This document shows, piece by piece, positions 37,001-49,974 of a stretch of DNA of 64,000 nt (its first letter is position 1; every line of letters begins with the position of its first letter). The DNA comes from Macrostomum hystrix. Taxonomy: Eukaryota > Animalia > Platyhelminthes. The stretch spans positions 1,426,001-1,490,000 of the forward strand of contig CATNEN010000029.1 of NCBI GenBank assembly GCA_950097015.1, written 5' to 3'. Made by a program: the position numbers and the translations under genes. The notes below the pieces were generated by a model. It had not been told where the DNA came from. It saw only the letters and a list, made by a program, of their open reading frames with translations, and ran no database searches.

Positions 37001-40000
37001 CACTGTGCCTTGGAGGTTGGCCCTCAGGGGGCGCTAATTGAACGACAAGCCCCAAGCCTTCTCTCCGCGGCTGCGCCTAAAATGAATGTGGCCTCGACTC
37101 GGAATAGAGCTCAGGGAGGCACACGCGTTAAATCGCTCTGACACCAACCCCCTACTGTACACTTGACATGCATAAACTTCCCAAATAAGCAGGTAAGAAC
37201 CAGGGCTAGCTTTACCTGCGACCGCGACCAGACGGGGCGCCTCCGCGTCCTCCGCCGCCCAATTCGTCAGTGAACGATTTTGCTAATCTAAGCCGCAGAT
37301 CCTTCAACGGATCGCCTGTGGACACGAGCGGCGCCGTGCTGCTGTAGTCGCCGCCACGGCTCCTAGAAGTCCGGGCTCCAACGGCTACACCGTCGCCGCC
37401 GCGCATAATGTCGCGCAGATCGGCCCGCGTGTTGCCCTGCTCATCTTTGAGGGGCGCTCCGCCGCCGCCGCGACCCCACGGATCGTAGGTGGCAATCTCC
37501 AGCTCCTTGAGCCGGTCGTATTCTTCGCGCTCTCGTCGGCGACCAGCGTCCCGCGACTTCTTGGCGTCCATCTGCTGGTTGAGCTCCAGGGCATATTCGA
37601 CCTTCTGGCGGGCTAGTCGGGCGCGCCGCTCCTCCTCGGAGGTGAACAGCATACCTGTCGCAGCGGCGCCTTCGTTGTTCTCCTGGTAACGAGCGCGAGA
37701 CGACTTGGCGGGCCCGCCACCCCCGCCGCCGCTGCCGCCGCCGCCTCCAGTGAAGACGCCACCGCTGCCGCCTCCACCGCCACCTAAAAAAATTTCATAA
37801 ACTAAGTGATGCTACCATCATAATTTAGTACACCTGCCTAAATTGGGCAATAATTGTGCAGCGTATGTGAAAGCTGCGCACAGTTGTTACACCTACCCTC
37901 AGTTACCCCAGCTAAAGCTGGTACCTATTTAACAGCTAAGTGAACTGAAGCAATGCAGAGTTAGGTGTCCTGCTAAAGGACACGAATTGTTACAGTGGAG
38001 TCGGGAATCGAACCCCCGAACTTCAAGTCATAAGTCCAACGCTCTGACCACTAGGCTACAGCCCCTTAATTGATGTTAAAAAGCCATATAAAAAGTTACT
38101 TTCTAAAGTATATACAATACAATACAAGTACATAGGCTAACTGACCTCCGCCCGACTCTTCCAGTGGATTTCGCATGCCGTAATAAAAATACGAATCGTC
38201 AGCTGGGGTATTGTAGGGCGACAGCTGGGGCAGCCCGCCCGACTGGCCAACTAGGAGGCCCGGCGACACCGAGCCGCTGCCTCCGCCTCCGCCGATGCCG
38301 ACGCCACCACCGCCGGGTCGGTCTGTGACAGCGCCGCCTAGAACTCCCGGCGCGTCGCTGCGAGCCTCTCGACGCTCCTGGCGGCGTCGACCGTCTTCTT
38401 CGGCCATCTGGCGCTGAAGCTCGCGCTTGTAGGAATCTTTGTTGCGCTCGCGAACGGCGCCAGAGTCGGGCCGGTGCAGGTCGATGGTGCCGCCGATGCC
38501 GTCTGGATGGTGCGGGGGTCGGAGAGTAAATAAACATATGTGCGGCTAGGCTAGCTTTTCTAAAGCTTGTGTACAGCTGTTTAGTCCATGGACTGGGGCA
38601 GAGGGTACACACACACGCGATCTTCTACTCCAGCTAGGGAGAGCTGAGTGGCAGAGAGGTCTAACGCGTTTGCCTCTCGCACCAACGTGCCTGTGCTCGA
38701 TTCCGCGGCAAGCCACAGAGAGAAGGCTTTGTCGTGCAATTTACGCCCTTGAGGGCCTGACAATGAGAAAGTCAGGGCAGATGTACACGCCCTGTGTGGG
38801 TGTGCTCGGGAGTCAGCGGAATAGGAAGAAAAGCCTTCTCGCTGGCTGTGGATAAATAAAGATATCCTTTCAGCTATTTTGTTCTTAGCGACACAAATTG
38901 TCTTCCGTCGGCTAAGATTCGAACTTCGGACCTCTTGGTCAGATTTGCTAAGCTGTAACCGCTGGGCTACAAACTCTCTAAGCTCGCCAAGAAGCATATT
39001 AAGATAAGTGCATAAAAACAAATTTAACTAACCAATCAATCCGACACCGTCCTTGCCGCCGCCGCGCCTCTGAAAGTGTCTATTACGACGCAGACTGAGA
39101 TCCAAATCCAGCGATTTGTCGGTGTTCCCGCCGCTGCGCAGCCAGGCGTCGTCGCTGCGTCGACCGCCGTTTCCACCGCCGCCAAACAGCAGGCGCATCT
39201 TGGCGCTGTCATACTGGGCCTCGAGCTCAGCTAGGCGCTTCTCTTCAGCCAGGGTGGCCGGGTCCTTCACCGCCACGGGGCGGGCCCGCTCGTAGACGGC
39301 GTAATAACCGTCGGGATCCAAAGGGGGCCTGTGGCAAGTTGATGGTTGGGATTTGTTAACGGATGGAACGAGATGGGATTATCAATGGATGGAACAAATT
39401 ATCAGGGTGGGATTATCAACGAATGGAAACCTTATCAGGGTGGGATTATCAACGAATGGAAACCTTATCAGGGTGGGATTATCAACGAATGGAAACCTTA
39501 TCAGGGTGGGATTATCAACGAATGGAAACCTTATCAGGGTGGGATTATCAACGAATGGAAACCTTATCAGGGTGGGATTATCAACGAATGGGACTCTTTT
39601 TGGGGTGGGATTATCAACGAATGGAAACCTTATCAGGGTGGGATTATCAACGAATGGAAACCTTATCAGGGTGGGATTATCAACGAATGGGACTCTTTTT
39701 GGGGTGGGATTATCAACGAATGGAAACCTTATCAGGGTGGGATTATCAACAAATGGAAACCTTAATCGGGGTGGGATTATCAACGAATGGAAACCTTATC
39801 AGGGTGGGATTATTAACGAATGGAAACCTTATCAGGGTGGGATTATCAACGAATGGAAACCTTATCAGGGTGGGATTATCAACGAATGGGACTCTTTTTG
39901 GGGTGGGATTATCAACGAATGGAAACCTTATCAGGGTGGGATTATCAACGAATGGAAACCTTATCAGGGTGGGATTATCAACGAATGGAAACCTTATCAG

Positions 40001-42291
40001 GGTGGGATTATCAACGAATGGAAACCTTATCAGGGTGGGATTATCAACGAATGGAAACCTTATCAGGGTGGGATTATCAACGAATGGAAACCTTATCAGG
40101 GTGGGATTATTAACGAATGGAAACCTTATCAGGGTGGGATTATTAACGAATGGAAACCTTATCAGGGTGGGATTATCAACGAATGGAAACCTTATCAGGG
40201 TGGGATTATCAACGAATGGAAACCTTATCAGGGTGGGATTATCAACGAATGGAAACCTTATCAGGGTGGGATTATCAACGAATGGAAACCTTATCAGGGT
40301 GGGATTATCAACGAATGGGACTCTTTTTGGGGTGGGATTATCAACGAATGGAAACCTTATCAGGGTGGGATTATCAACGAATGGAAACCTTATCAGGGTG
40401 GGATTATCAACGAATGGGACTCTTTTTGGGGTGGGATTATCAACGAATGGAAACCTTATCAGGGTGGGATTATTAACGAATGGAAACCTTATCAGGGTGG
40501 GATTATCAACGAATGGAAACCTTATCAGGGTGGGATTATCAACGAATGGAAACCTTATCAGGGTGGGATTATCAACGAATGGGACTCTTTGGGGTAGGAT
40601 TATCAACGAATGGAAACCCTTATCAGGGTGGGATTCTCAACAAATGGAAACCTTAATCGGGGTGGGATTATCAACGAATGGAAACCTTATCACGGTGGGA
40701 TTATCAACGAATGGAAACCTTAATCGGGGTGGGATTCTCAACAAATGGAAACCTTAATCGGGGTGGGATTATCAACGAATGTAGTTATTATCCGGGTGGG
40801 ATTATACACGAGTGAAAAAAAATAAAAAAACGTGGGAAGACTATCGAGAGTGGAATTATAAAGAAAGTTATTTTCACATGTCATAAAGAATTTAGATATA
40901 CCTTAATTCCTGATTTAGGTAAACCAGACTTGTCTGCTGATAGTAGTATGTATGGAATATAAAAATAATTAGCTAACACCTAAAAAATATACATGGAGGT
41001 CACTATAAAAAGTCAAATGATGTCGGAAGTATGCAAAGCATAGTCTTTCCCTGTTAGCTAGCGCTTTACTTATGTATTTGTATACATTGTCAGAGAATAG
41101 AATATGAAGTATTTTTTCCTCTAAAATTGCACCTGCGTCTTGCTTTACAACCTTGCGAAATATATGAGATTATTTCCTATTAAAAGATCCTCAAAAATAG
41201 AAAGCATTAAAATCTACTGTGTTCTTTCAATCCGAACTCACCCGTATCTGTACAGGCCCTCCTCCATTCGCTTCTGCGTGAGCACATCCTCATAGTGGAC
41301 TCCGGCGCCGTCTCTACGCCAGTCCCTGTGCGTGGCCTCTTTATCAAGCTTGCCGCGCAGGAATTCGTTGTATTCCCGGTTGCGCTCGGCGCGTTTCAAA
41401 GCGGCGGCGCGTTCGCGATCATCCATCAGAGGCAGGGAGGTGCTCTCCGGCTCTGAGCCCACGGGGATGCCGCGCGGGCTGTAGTGGCCTGGATTGAGTT
41501 CGGGTTCGGCAGCGCAAATGCGCGAAGGAATGCAGAACAGAAACTGGGCTGCAAGAAAGACAGTGAAGAGTAAGCAGTAGGGAGAAGGCTGAGGGTGGAC
41601 GGCTGATGGTAGAAGGCTGATGGTAGAAGGCTGATGGTAGAAGGCTGATGGTAGAAGGCTGATGGTAGAAGGCTGATGGTAGAAGGCTGATGGTAGAAGG
41701 CGGAGGCTAGAAGGAAGTGAGGGGAGAAGGCAGTGAGGAGAAGGCAGTGAGGAGAAGGCAGTGAGGAGAAGGCAGTGAGGAGAAGGCAGTGAGGAGAAGG
41801 CAGTGAAAAGAAGGCAGTGAGGAGAAGGCAGTGAGGAGAAGGCAGTGAGGAGAAGGCAGTGAGGAGAACGCAGTGAGGAGAAGGCAGTGAGGAGAAGGCA
41901 GTGGGGAGAAGGCAGTGGGGAGAAGGCAGTGAGGAGAAGGCAGTGGGGAGAAGGCAGTGAGGAGAAGGCAGTGGGGAGAAGGCAGTGAGGAGAACGCAGT
42001 GAGGAGAAGGCAGTGGGGAGAAGGCAGTTAGGAGAAGGTAGTGAGGAGAAGGCAGTGAGAAGAGGTTAGTGGCAGCTCAGCTAGCACAGGAAGTACGGCA
42101 GTCTGAGCAGGCAGACTCACCAGGCGCCTCAGGCAGGGCCAAAGGCCCCAACTGCTGCGATTGGGGAGGTGGGGGAGCCTGCAATGCGGGTCTGTCCACC
42201 GCTCCGCCGTTGTAGGGCCCTTGCTGCTGGCGCAACTGCGTCACCTGCCGCTCCAACTCGTCCAGAGTGGGATCCGATGCTGGAGGCGGAG

Positions 42292-42331
<40 letters not shown>

Positions 42332-45300
42332 AGGTCGGACAGCTTGACGCGACCTGCTCCTATTGATGTCGGAGGCCTCAGCCGCCTTACGCCGCAGATA
42401 GTCGTTATATTCGGCGTTGCGTTCGCGACGTTTTCGCTGACGCGACGAAGCCGAGTCTCGCTGGCCGATAGCGCCGGAGACGCCGACTTCCTCGGAGCCA
42501 GCTCGGCGCTGCTGCTTCTGCTGCTGTTGCTGCTGCTGCTGGGCTCGAGTCTGCAGCTCGCGATACTCCAAGCGTCTGGTCTCGTCTAGCTGGCGCCGTC
42601 TGGCCTCATAGTCGCCGAATTTTTCAAAGAAATTGCCTTCTTCGTCGACATAGCCGGAGCCGTTGAATGCGGGTTGCGTGGGCGGCTGCGTGCGAAGGGC
42701 GTATGCTTTATTAGTAATGATAATAATAATTTTATTATTTGCACAGGGCTATGAGCATTGGCGCTACATTTCGTGGAATCAAGCTCGGGGTCTTCTTGCA
42801 AAAGACGGAAATATAAACGCTCCGACTTAATAATAATTATTGCAGGAGGTCTGCGGGCAAGGGCACATCTTTTGGTGACACTAGACCCGCAGCCAGCGAG
42901 GAGGCAATTCTGCTAATTTTGCTGACTCCTGAGCACACACGCACACAGATACTGTACGCAGGCATACGCTCACAGGGGTGTGTACATCTGCACTGACTTT
43001 CTCATAGTCAGGCAGTGTACACTTCACTGTGCCTTAGATGTGGGCCCTCAAGGGCGTAAATTGCACAAAACCTCAAGCCTTCTCTCCGCGGCTGCGCCCC
43101 AAACAAATGTGGCCTCGCCGTGGAATCCAACTTAGGGACCGTGGTGCGAGAGGCAAACGCGTTAACCGCTCTGCCACCAACCCCCTAACGCTCCGACTTA
43201 CCTGTTGTTGTTGCTGCTGCTGCTGCGCCGCACGCCTCTCTAGCAGCTGCTGCTGCCGCTTCCTCTGATCGTCGCTAAGCCTGGCAACCAGCGGCTCCTC
43301 GTCGCGATAGTCGTAGCGCGGCGCGGCGCCGTTGTCAACTGGCGCCTCGGCCTGGAGCTCCGGGAAGGTGGCCTTCTGCGGCGGCACCTGACTGGCAACG
43401 GGATCTGGTGAGGGGAGAAGATTGAAAAAAATGAAGATATACTAATTTGGGAGATTTGAAAATTTAGATTTCTATAATTTTTATTTACGGTATTTTATAA
43501 TATAATACTTCAAAAACTTTCACAGAAATATATGGCTAGCTTGTGCTTGTAAAAGAAATTTTATCTAGTGCTCTATAAGCCATCTATTTGAGCACTATCG
43601 CTGAATTCGAAGAGGAAGAAGTTGAACTTCCTAATCCCCTAGCTAATTCAGTTCCCCCCCACAATGGTTTTCAGGACGAGAAACATCTATCCCTTTTACA
43701 TTTTGTTAGAAGATTAGTGTAGCCGGTTCTGACTTTCGAATTTAAGATGCTTTATCACTTGGAGATTAGTAAACGAATTACGAAATAAAAAAATGCAATA
43801 GGCAAAAAGTACCCTCTTATAGCTGGGCGAACTAAAATAAGAAAAAAACTAATTTACTCCTGAGATTAGGACTGAGATTCGAACTCCTGACCTTAAGTCT
43901 ATAAGAGTCGGAAGTCTGCAGCTCTACCGCCGGGTCACAATCTCTCGAAATTGGGAAATTAAATTTTCTCAAAACTACAGCTTGAGATAGTAAATAAAAA
44001 TCTATCCTTTATAATATGCCGAGACAAGACAGAAGCAAAATGAAAAGAACAGAAGCTGAGAGTCTATCAAGATAGTTAATTGACTTAAAAAAAACTAAAT
44101 AAGTCAAGTAAATACGCAATAGAAACACTATTGAAAGGATTATACGCAAAATGTATATGCAAAGATTAACCGGATGCATAAAAACTCGATACATACCTGG
44201 CAGAAAAAGGAAACTGTACAGCGGATCTGTGAGTTTTATTAAATAAATCATGCCTTTAGACCTTGTCGCAGGGAGGAAATAATCTTTAAAGGGAGGGAAA
44301 TAATCCCGAACAGTAGGCTTCAATCAAACATGGGATAAATTGTAAAGCAAGAGAGACTGAATAGCCTAAAAGTGCATCTTTAGAGTGCGATCAAACAAGG
44401 GCGCTTACAGAGGACATGATAAATTTAGTTCTCATTTTCAAGAAATAGAATAGCAATCTTTTTAATTGAGTCTTTAAACTAAATTAAATGCCTTTTTCCC
44501 AGCAGGGCCTTCTTTTCGACCAGCCATAATTCTTAAAGGAGTTTTCTAACCAGTCCTCAATTCCTACAGCAACCCACAATTCCAAAAGAGATTTTATGAC
44601 CAGCACTCAATTCCAACAGAGGTTTTCGACAGGCTCTCAATTCCTACAGAGGTTTTCGACAGGCCCGCAATTCCTACAGAGGTTTTCGACAGGCCCGCAA
44701 TTCCTACAGAGGTTTTCGACAGGCTCTCAATTCCAACAGAGGTTTTCGACAGGCTCTGAATTCCAAAAGAGGTTTTCGACAGGCCGTCAATTCCTACAAT
44801 AGTTTTTCGACAGGCCGTCAATTCCTACAGTAGTTTTTCGACAGGCCGTCAATTTTTACAGTAGTTTTTCGACAAGCCCTCAATTCCAACAGCAGTTTTT
44901 CGACAGGCCGTCAATTTCTACAGTAGTTTTTCGACAGGCCCTCAATTCCAACAGAGGTTTTCGACAGGCCCTCAATTCCAACAGAGGTTTTCGACAGGCC
45001 CTCAATTCCAACAGAGGTTTTCGACAGGCTCTGAATTCCAAAAGAGGTTTTCGACAGGCCGTCAATTCCTACAATAGTTTTTCGACAGGCCGTCAATTCC
45101 TACAGTAGTTTTTCGACAGGCCGTCAATTTTTACAGTAGTTTTTCGACAAGCCCTCAATTCCTACAGCAGTTTTTCGACAGGCCGTCAATTTCTACAGTA
45201 GTTTTTCGACAGGCCCTCAATTCCAACAGAGGTTTTCGACAGGCCCTCAATTCCTACAGCAACCCACAATTCCAAAAGAGATTTTATGACCAGCACTCAA

Positions 45301-46233
45301 TTCCAACAGAGGTTTTCGACAGGCTCTCAATTCCTACAGAGGTTTTCGACAGGCCCGCAATTCCTACAGAGGTTTTCGACAGGCCCGCAATTCCTACAGA
45401 GGTTTTCGACAGGCTCTCAATTCCAACAGAGGTTTTCGACAGGCTCTGAATTCCAAAAGAGGTTTTCGACAGGCCGTCAATTCCTACAATAGTTTTTCGA
45501 CAGGCCGTCAATTCCTACAGTAGTTTTTCGACAGGCCGTCAATTTTTACAGTAGTTTTTCGACAAGCCCTTAATTCCAACAGCAGTTTTTCGACAGGCCG
45601 TCAATTTCTACAGTAGTTTTTCGACAGGCCCTCAATTCCAACAGAGGTTTTCGACAGGCCCTCAATTCCAACAGAGGTTTTCGACAGGCCCTCAATTCCA
45701 ACAGAGGTTTTCGACAGGCTCTGAATTCCAAAAGAGGTTTTCGACAGGCCGTCAATTCCTACAATAGTTTTTCGACAGGCCGTCAATTCCTACAGTAGTT
45801 TTTCGACAGGCCGTCAATTCCTACAGCAGTTTTTCGACAAGCCCTCAATTCCAACAGAGGTTTTCGACAAGCCCTCAATTCCTACAGTAGTTTTTCGACA
45901 AGCCCTCAATTCCAACAGAGGTTTTCGACAAGCCCTCAATTCCTACAGTAGTTTTTCGACAAGCCCTCAATTCCTACAGTAGTTTTTCGACAAGCCCTCA
46001 ATTCCTACAGTAGTTTTTCGACAAGCCCTCAATTTCTACAGTAGTTTTTCGACAAGCCCATTGAATTTCTCACCATATCTGGGAATAGGGTACTGGGCAT
46101 TGCGAATCGCGGCTGCCACGCCGGCGCCCTCCCTTTCCAGACTGCGCTCGCGACTGCCGGCTCGCTGCCTGTTGGCAGCCAATCGCTGCTTCTCCTGCAC
46201 AATAAACGAGTCGATCTCTGTGGCCGCTGCCAT
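34077..46233 (-). CDS. CSPP1: Centrosome and spindle pole-associated protein 1 ortholog (~1292 aa, 10 exons)
   Basis: Exons (minus): 46233-46074, 43404-43202, 42685-42121, 41548-41242, 39328-39033, 38502-38146, 37783-37216, 36691-36287, 35776-35287, 34604-34077. Total 3879 nt, all phases consistent. Motifs recognised: EIDSFIVQEKQRLA, GDYEARRRQL, ERNREYNEFLRGK, YDPWGRGGGGAPLKDEQGN, LEAQQAALLREQRDRL, ANEARLRRL. Confidence 0.88.
34770..35247. repeat. 30-bp minisatellite in CSPP1 intron 9
   Basis: Unit ATGGCACATCCGCTCCTAAAGCTGATAAAA. Confidence 0.95.
35860..36190. repeat. 23-bp minisatellite in CSPP1 intron 8
   Basis: Unit CTCTATCAAAGTCCACACCTGTC, ~13 copies. Confidence 0.95.
36890..37153 (-). 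mobile_element. tRNA-derived SINE-like element, copy 1
   Basis: Colinear with 38636-38850 (inverted) and 42885-43186; tRNA-like head with A/B-box-like motifs. Confidence 0.7.
37880..38065 (+). mobile_element. SINE/LINE fragment with L2-type 3' tail
   Basis: TTACCCCAGCT...GTGAACTGAAGCAATG...GGGAATCGAACCC...CTCTGACCACTAGGCT; a similar copy lies at 51765-51978. Confidence 0.6.
38636..38852 (+). mobile_element. tRNA-derived SINE-like element, copy 2
   Basis: Head AGGGAGAGCTGAGTGGCAGAGAGGTCTAACGCGTTTGCCTCTCGCACC...GCTCGATTCC; the body matches the other two copies. Confidence 0.7.
39400..40790. repeat. 33-bp minisatellite in CSPP1 intron 4
   Basis: Unit GGGTGGGATTATCAACGAATGGAAACCTTATCA, ~41 copies, with the recurring variant GGGACTCTTTTTG. 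Confidence 0.96.
41600..42062. repeat. Two adjacent 14-bp minisatellites in CSPP1 intron 3
   Basis: (AAGGCTGATGGTAG)n at ~41600-41700, then (GAGGAGAAGGCAGT)n at ~41730-42060. Confidence 0.93.
42885..43186 (-). mobile_element. tRNA-derived SINE-like element, copy 3
   Basis: Head on the minus strand AGGGGGTTGGTGGCAGAGCGGTTAACGCGTTTGCCTCTCGCACC...GTTGGATTCC (A- and B-box-like); carries an internal insertion relative to copy 1. Confidence 0.72.
44555..46060. repeat. 30/31-bp minisatellite with a 690-bp internal duplication (CSPP1 intron 1)
   Basis: Unit TTTTCGACAGGCCCTCAATTCCAACAGAGG. The non-unit segment AGCAACCCACAATTCCAAAAGAGATTTTATGACC recurs 690 bp apart. Confidence 0.95.
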
Positions 46234-46617
46234 GCGTTTGGCAATTCAGACGGCGGTGCTGTTTGCTGAAAATCATTGGGTAACAATTGACTTTGATGCC
46301 AATATTGGATATAAATGTTGTTAACGCATTGCTACTTCAGTATAAACAGTCTGTACTTCTAATAAAAATTTTAACAGTACAATTTAAAGTATTAAAATCA
46401 TGGTGAACTCATTGTCAGAAAAATACAATTAAAAGTCAAGTAAAGTACGAATTAATACGAAAAGGCACAAAAATAATAATAACTTATTAATAATACCTGT
46501 CCATCTCTGCATGCAAAACATGGATCTGGTCAGAGAGCTATGTACGGCTCTTTAGTCCAAGGACTGAGTCGATGCCACAAACCCTGAATTACCCTAGCTA
46601 ATGGTGGTACCCATTTA

Positions 46618-48291
46618 CGAGGGTGTCCAAGAAGTCCTTTTTTCGCATAACTCTTTTCAACAGCTAGCAAGAGTAACAACAACAAAATGATTTTATAGCG
46701 CTTTATTTACAAATAACACAGTTAAAGAATTTTGAAAATATCACAAACTGTTCAAAAGTTATGCCTCCTTAACTGCAGTGGGGTACTGCATCTCAATACA
46801 TGAACAAGAACATGGAGGCTGCATATGGAACTCGAACTGAACTACAATTTTGAAATCTTACAGAAATTAACCAAATTTAAACTTGTGCGCAAAATCTCTA
46901 GCGTGATGACGTTTGCCACATAGATCACTTTCTGTATCTATGGTAAAATGTTCATTTGCTTCTGATTGTGTGGCACTATGAAACAGCCACTGAAGAGACT
47001 CATTTTGTGATGCAGAACAAGCTGAAGCCTTTGTCTCGAAGTGCTTGCCAGAATTTTTTCTTGATCTGTGGATCCATGGATGTCCAGACAGCACAGCACT
47101 ACTCGGCCTAAACCCTCTGGCGTATGAGGTTGAATGGTGCTGAAATTCTGACACAGCTGAGCACAATTCATTGGCCTGAAGCAGTATCCAGGAGCACAGT
47201 GTACCGCTGGATTGAAGAGTTTGAGCTGGGGCGTACAGATGTGGCTATTTTGCCAAGATATGAACGACCTCCAGCATCTGCTTCCAAAGCTCTGGGTGAT
47301 CGAATCCTTGACCTTATTGAAACCGATGCTCGACTGACAATCCGCGAGATCGCCGACCGGTTGGACACACCAAAGTCAACTGCCCATCTCTGCATGCAAA
47401 ACATGGATCTGGTCAAGCTGAGTGCTCGGTGGGTTCCGAGGATTCTTACCCCTGACATGAAGATGCAGCGAGAGCAGACCTGCCAAGGCAATCTGACGCT
47501 GGTTGATCAACATGGAGGATGGAGCTCTACCCGTTCTCTGGTGGTCACTGGAGACGAAAATTGAGTCCCCTACTTCGACCCTTCGACCATGGAGGAGTCC
47601 AAGGTGTGGACGATAAAAGGTTATGACCCGCCTATCAAGGCTTGAAGTGAGACCCATTGCCAGAAGGTGATGCTGTTGCTCTTTTTCGACTGGCATGGGC
47701 CACTGACAATTGACTTCCTGGAGCCAAATGCCACTGTCAATTCGGACCGCTACATTGATTCGCTGAAGAAGGATATCCCAAACAAGCGGAGAACTCCAGT
47801 GAAGCCAATGCTCCTTCATCATGACAATGCTCGGCCCCACACTGCACAAAGGACACTCGAAGCAATAAAATAATTCAATTCAACCTCCTGCCTCACCCAC
47901 CGTATTCACCGGACCTGGCACCAGCTGATTTCGCCATCTTCCTGAAGCTCAAGCAGCTTCTGAGGGGCAGAGTTCATGCCAACCGTGACTGCCTTGAACA
48001 AGAAGTACGATGGGTCTTGTCCACGAAATGGCAAGGCAGGCATATGCAGATGCCATTGACGGCATGTGCTTACCTGGTGGAAGAAGTTCATCCAACTGAA
48101 GGGTGACTATGTTGAGAGGGTCTCAGTTGCCACTGAGGACGACATTTGAACTTTTTTTGAAAGACAGCTGACCTTCTGTTTTCTGTCACTCCATATGAGC
48201 CTCCGTGTTCTTCAAGTTCATGTATTGAGATGCAGTACCCCACTGCAGTTAAGGAGGCATAACTTTTGAACAGTTTGTGATATTTTCAAAA
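46618..48291 (+). mobile_element. Decayed mariner (DD34D) transposon with long TIRs, right end truncated
   Basis: TA|CGAGGGTGTCC left end; 46730-46829 is inverted to 48190-48291. Transposase remnants from 47124: STVYRWIEEF, WVPRIL, VTGDEN*, HDNARPH, HPPYSPDLAPADF, with stops and frameshifts. Confidence 0.92.
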
Positions 48292-49223
48292 TATATGGAT
48301 ATAACTCCTGGAGCCATGTGTCTTAATACATCTATAGTAAAAGTAGATGTACTGATTGTTATGAATGAATGAGAAACATATGATACAAAATACATTAAAT
48401 TTTATCATGGAAGAAAGCATGAAAGGTCATCTTAACAAATCATATAGTGCATTATACAGAAAATATCTCCTTTATAATATTAGCCTGTTTGATTGTTGCA
48501 AACATTTGTCTATGGCAAAAGTTGATTAGTAGTTTAACTTTCTATTGGTAGAATAAAACTCTGTCAATAATCTTCTGAAAAATGACTTTAAAGCAGTTTA
48601 AAACTATTATTAAACTACTATGGTATAGTTAATGCAAACTTGACAAAAACAAATCCTTAAACATAAATATGATTTTCCAAAAATTATACAGAACAGTTAG
48701 CCTACCTAACCTAGTAGTTTTATATGCAGATAAGTAACAAACTCTTAAATATTTAAAAAGGACAGCTAGTAAGCTATTGTAATACTGTTATCACTAAATA
48801 CCAACACATTTACACCATAGATACATACTCATAGTAACAGATAAAGTACCAGATAGGCAATTTAAGTTTAGCATTGGAAGCTCACGGTGCACGCACCAAA
48901 GACAACAATAATTGTACATATATATTGTGATTTTGCATTCTGTTTTTTTTTAAATAGGAGTGTATATAAGGGGGTATCCTTAAAAGCCTTAACTCTTTTC
49001 TTAAAAGCTTTGGAGCTTAAGGGGTTATACATTGCTCACATAAATGAGTACTCGTTTCAAATGTTGTAAAATATTTATCTCATCCATAAAAATGTACACC
49101 AAGACCCTAGAAAATTGGAAAGACTTTATAAATGTATTTTGTTTTTAACTGACTAGTTATTTCTATTATTTTTATTTATATTTTTAATCATTCTTTATTG
49201 CCATTAAACCTTACCAGTTCAAC

Positions 49224-49377
49224 CAGTGGCGTATGCTGGAATTTAGTTTGGGGGGGGGATAACCAGCAGAAATATATGTCCTCTAGGGCTCTAGGAATTG
49301 ACTAAGTACAATAAGTACATGGGAAATTTTGGGAAATGGGGGATATATCCCCGTATCACCCCCAGCATACGCCCCTG
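49224..49377. mobile_element. hAT-type MITE
   Basis: TIRs CAGTGGCGTATGCTGG / CCAGCATACGCCCCTG; 8-bp TSD AGTTCAAC / GGTTCAAC (7/8). Confidence 0.8.
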
Positions 49378-49974
49378 GGTTCAACGTATGGTTTTAAAAG
49401 CTTAATGTGTAAGGGGAATTCCGTTTTTCTTTGAAAACATGTCAAGCGTTAAAGAAATTGCGTATCAATAGACAAGAGCGTACTTAAATTATTATGTTTT
49501 CAGATCGCTCTGTAAAGCCTCATTTTCAGATATGGCATTTATACAGCAAATTTATAAATTTTATTTAAAGAGCGTCTCTGAAAACCCGATGATGGTTCAA
49601 ATTAAAATTTCTTGAATGCAAACATTTGCAGCAATTTCGCTATTTTCTAATATATATTTTGTTTTATAATATTTTTTGTCTAATTTGCATCACATTATGT
49701 TGTTTTCTTGTTTGGGCTCACCAAAAAGCAGCTAAAAATTTGCTTTACCTAGTGCAATTGTAGCGCAAGAACAAACTTTACATTTTCTATTATTTTTTTT
49801 CATTTTTCGCGCGGTTTTTTGTTCAGAAGATTCAATATTCTACTCACCTTTACATGTTGGTTGATTCTACAATTTAAAGGCCAAATTTTCACGAGAAAAG
49901 TGCTGCTACTTGGTTTTATTATATTTCTTATATAATAAGAAAATAAATTAAGCAGATTTCTACTGCAACTAAAC

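Noticed and set aside
38636-38710. Functional tRNA genes at the SINE heads (also ~43110-43186, ~37080-37153)
   Set aside because: The heads are diverged from each other, lack a clean cloverleaf by eye, and continue into a shared non-tRNA body.
38581-39021. 146-aa minus-strand ORF
   Set aside because: It runs antisense through SINE sequence inside CSPP1 intron 5.
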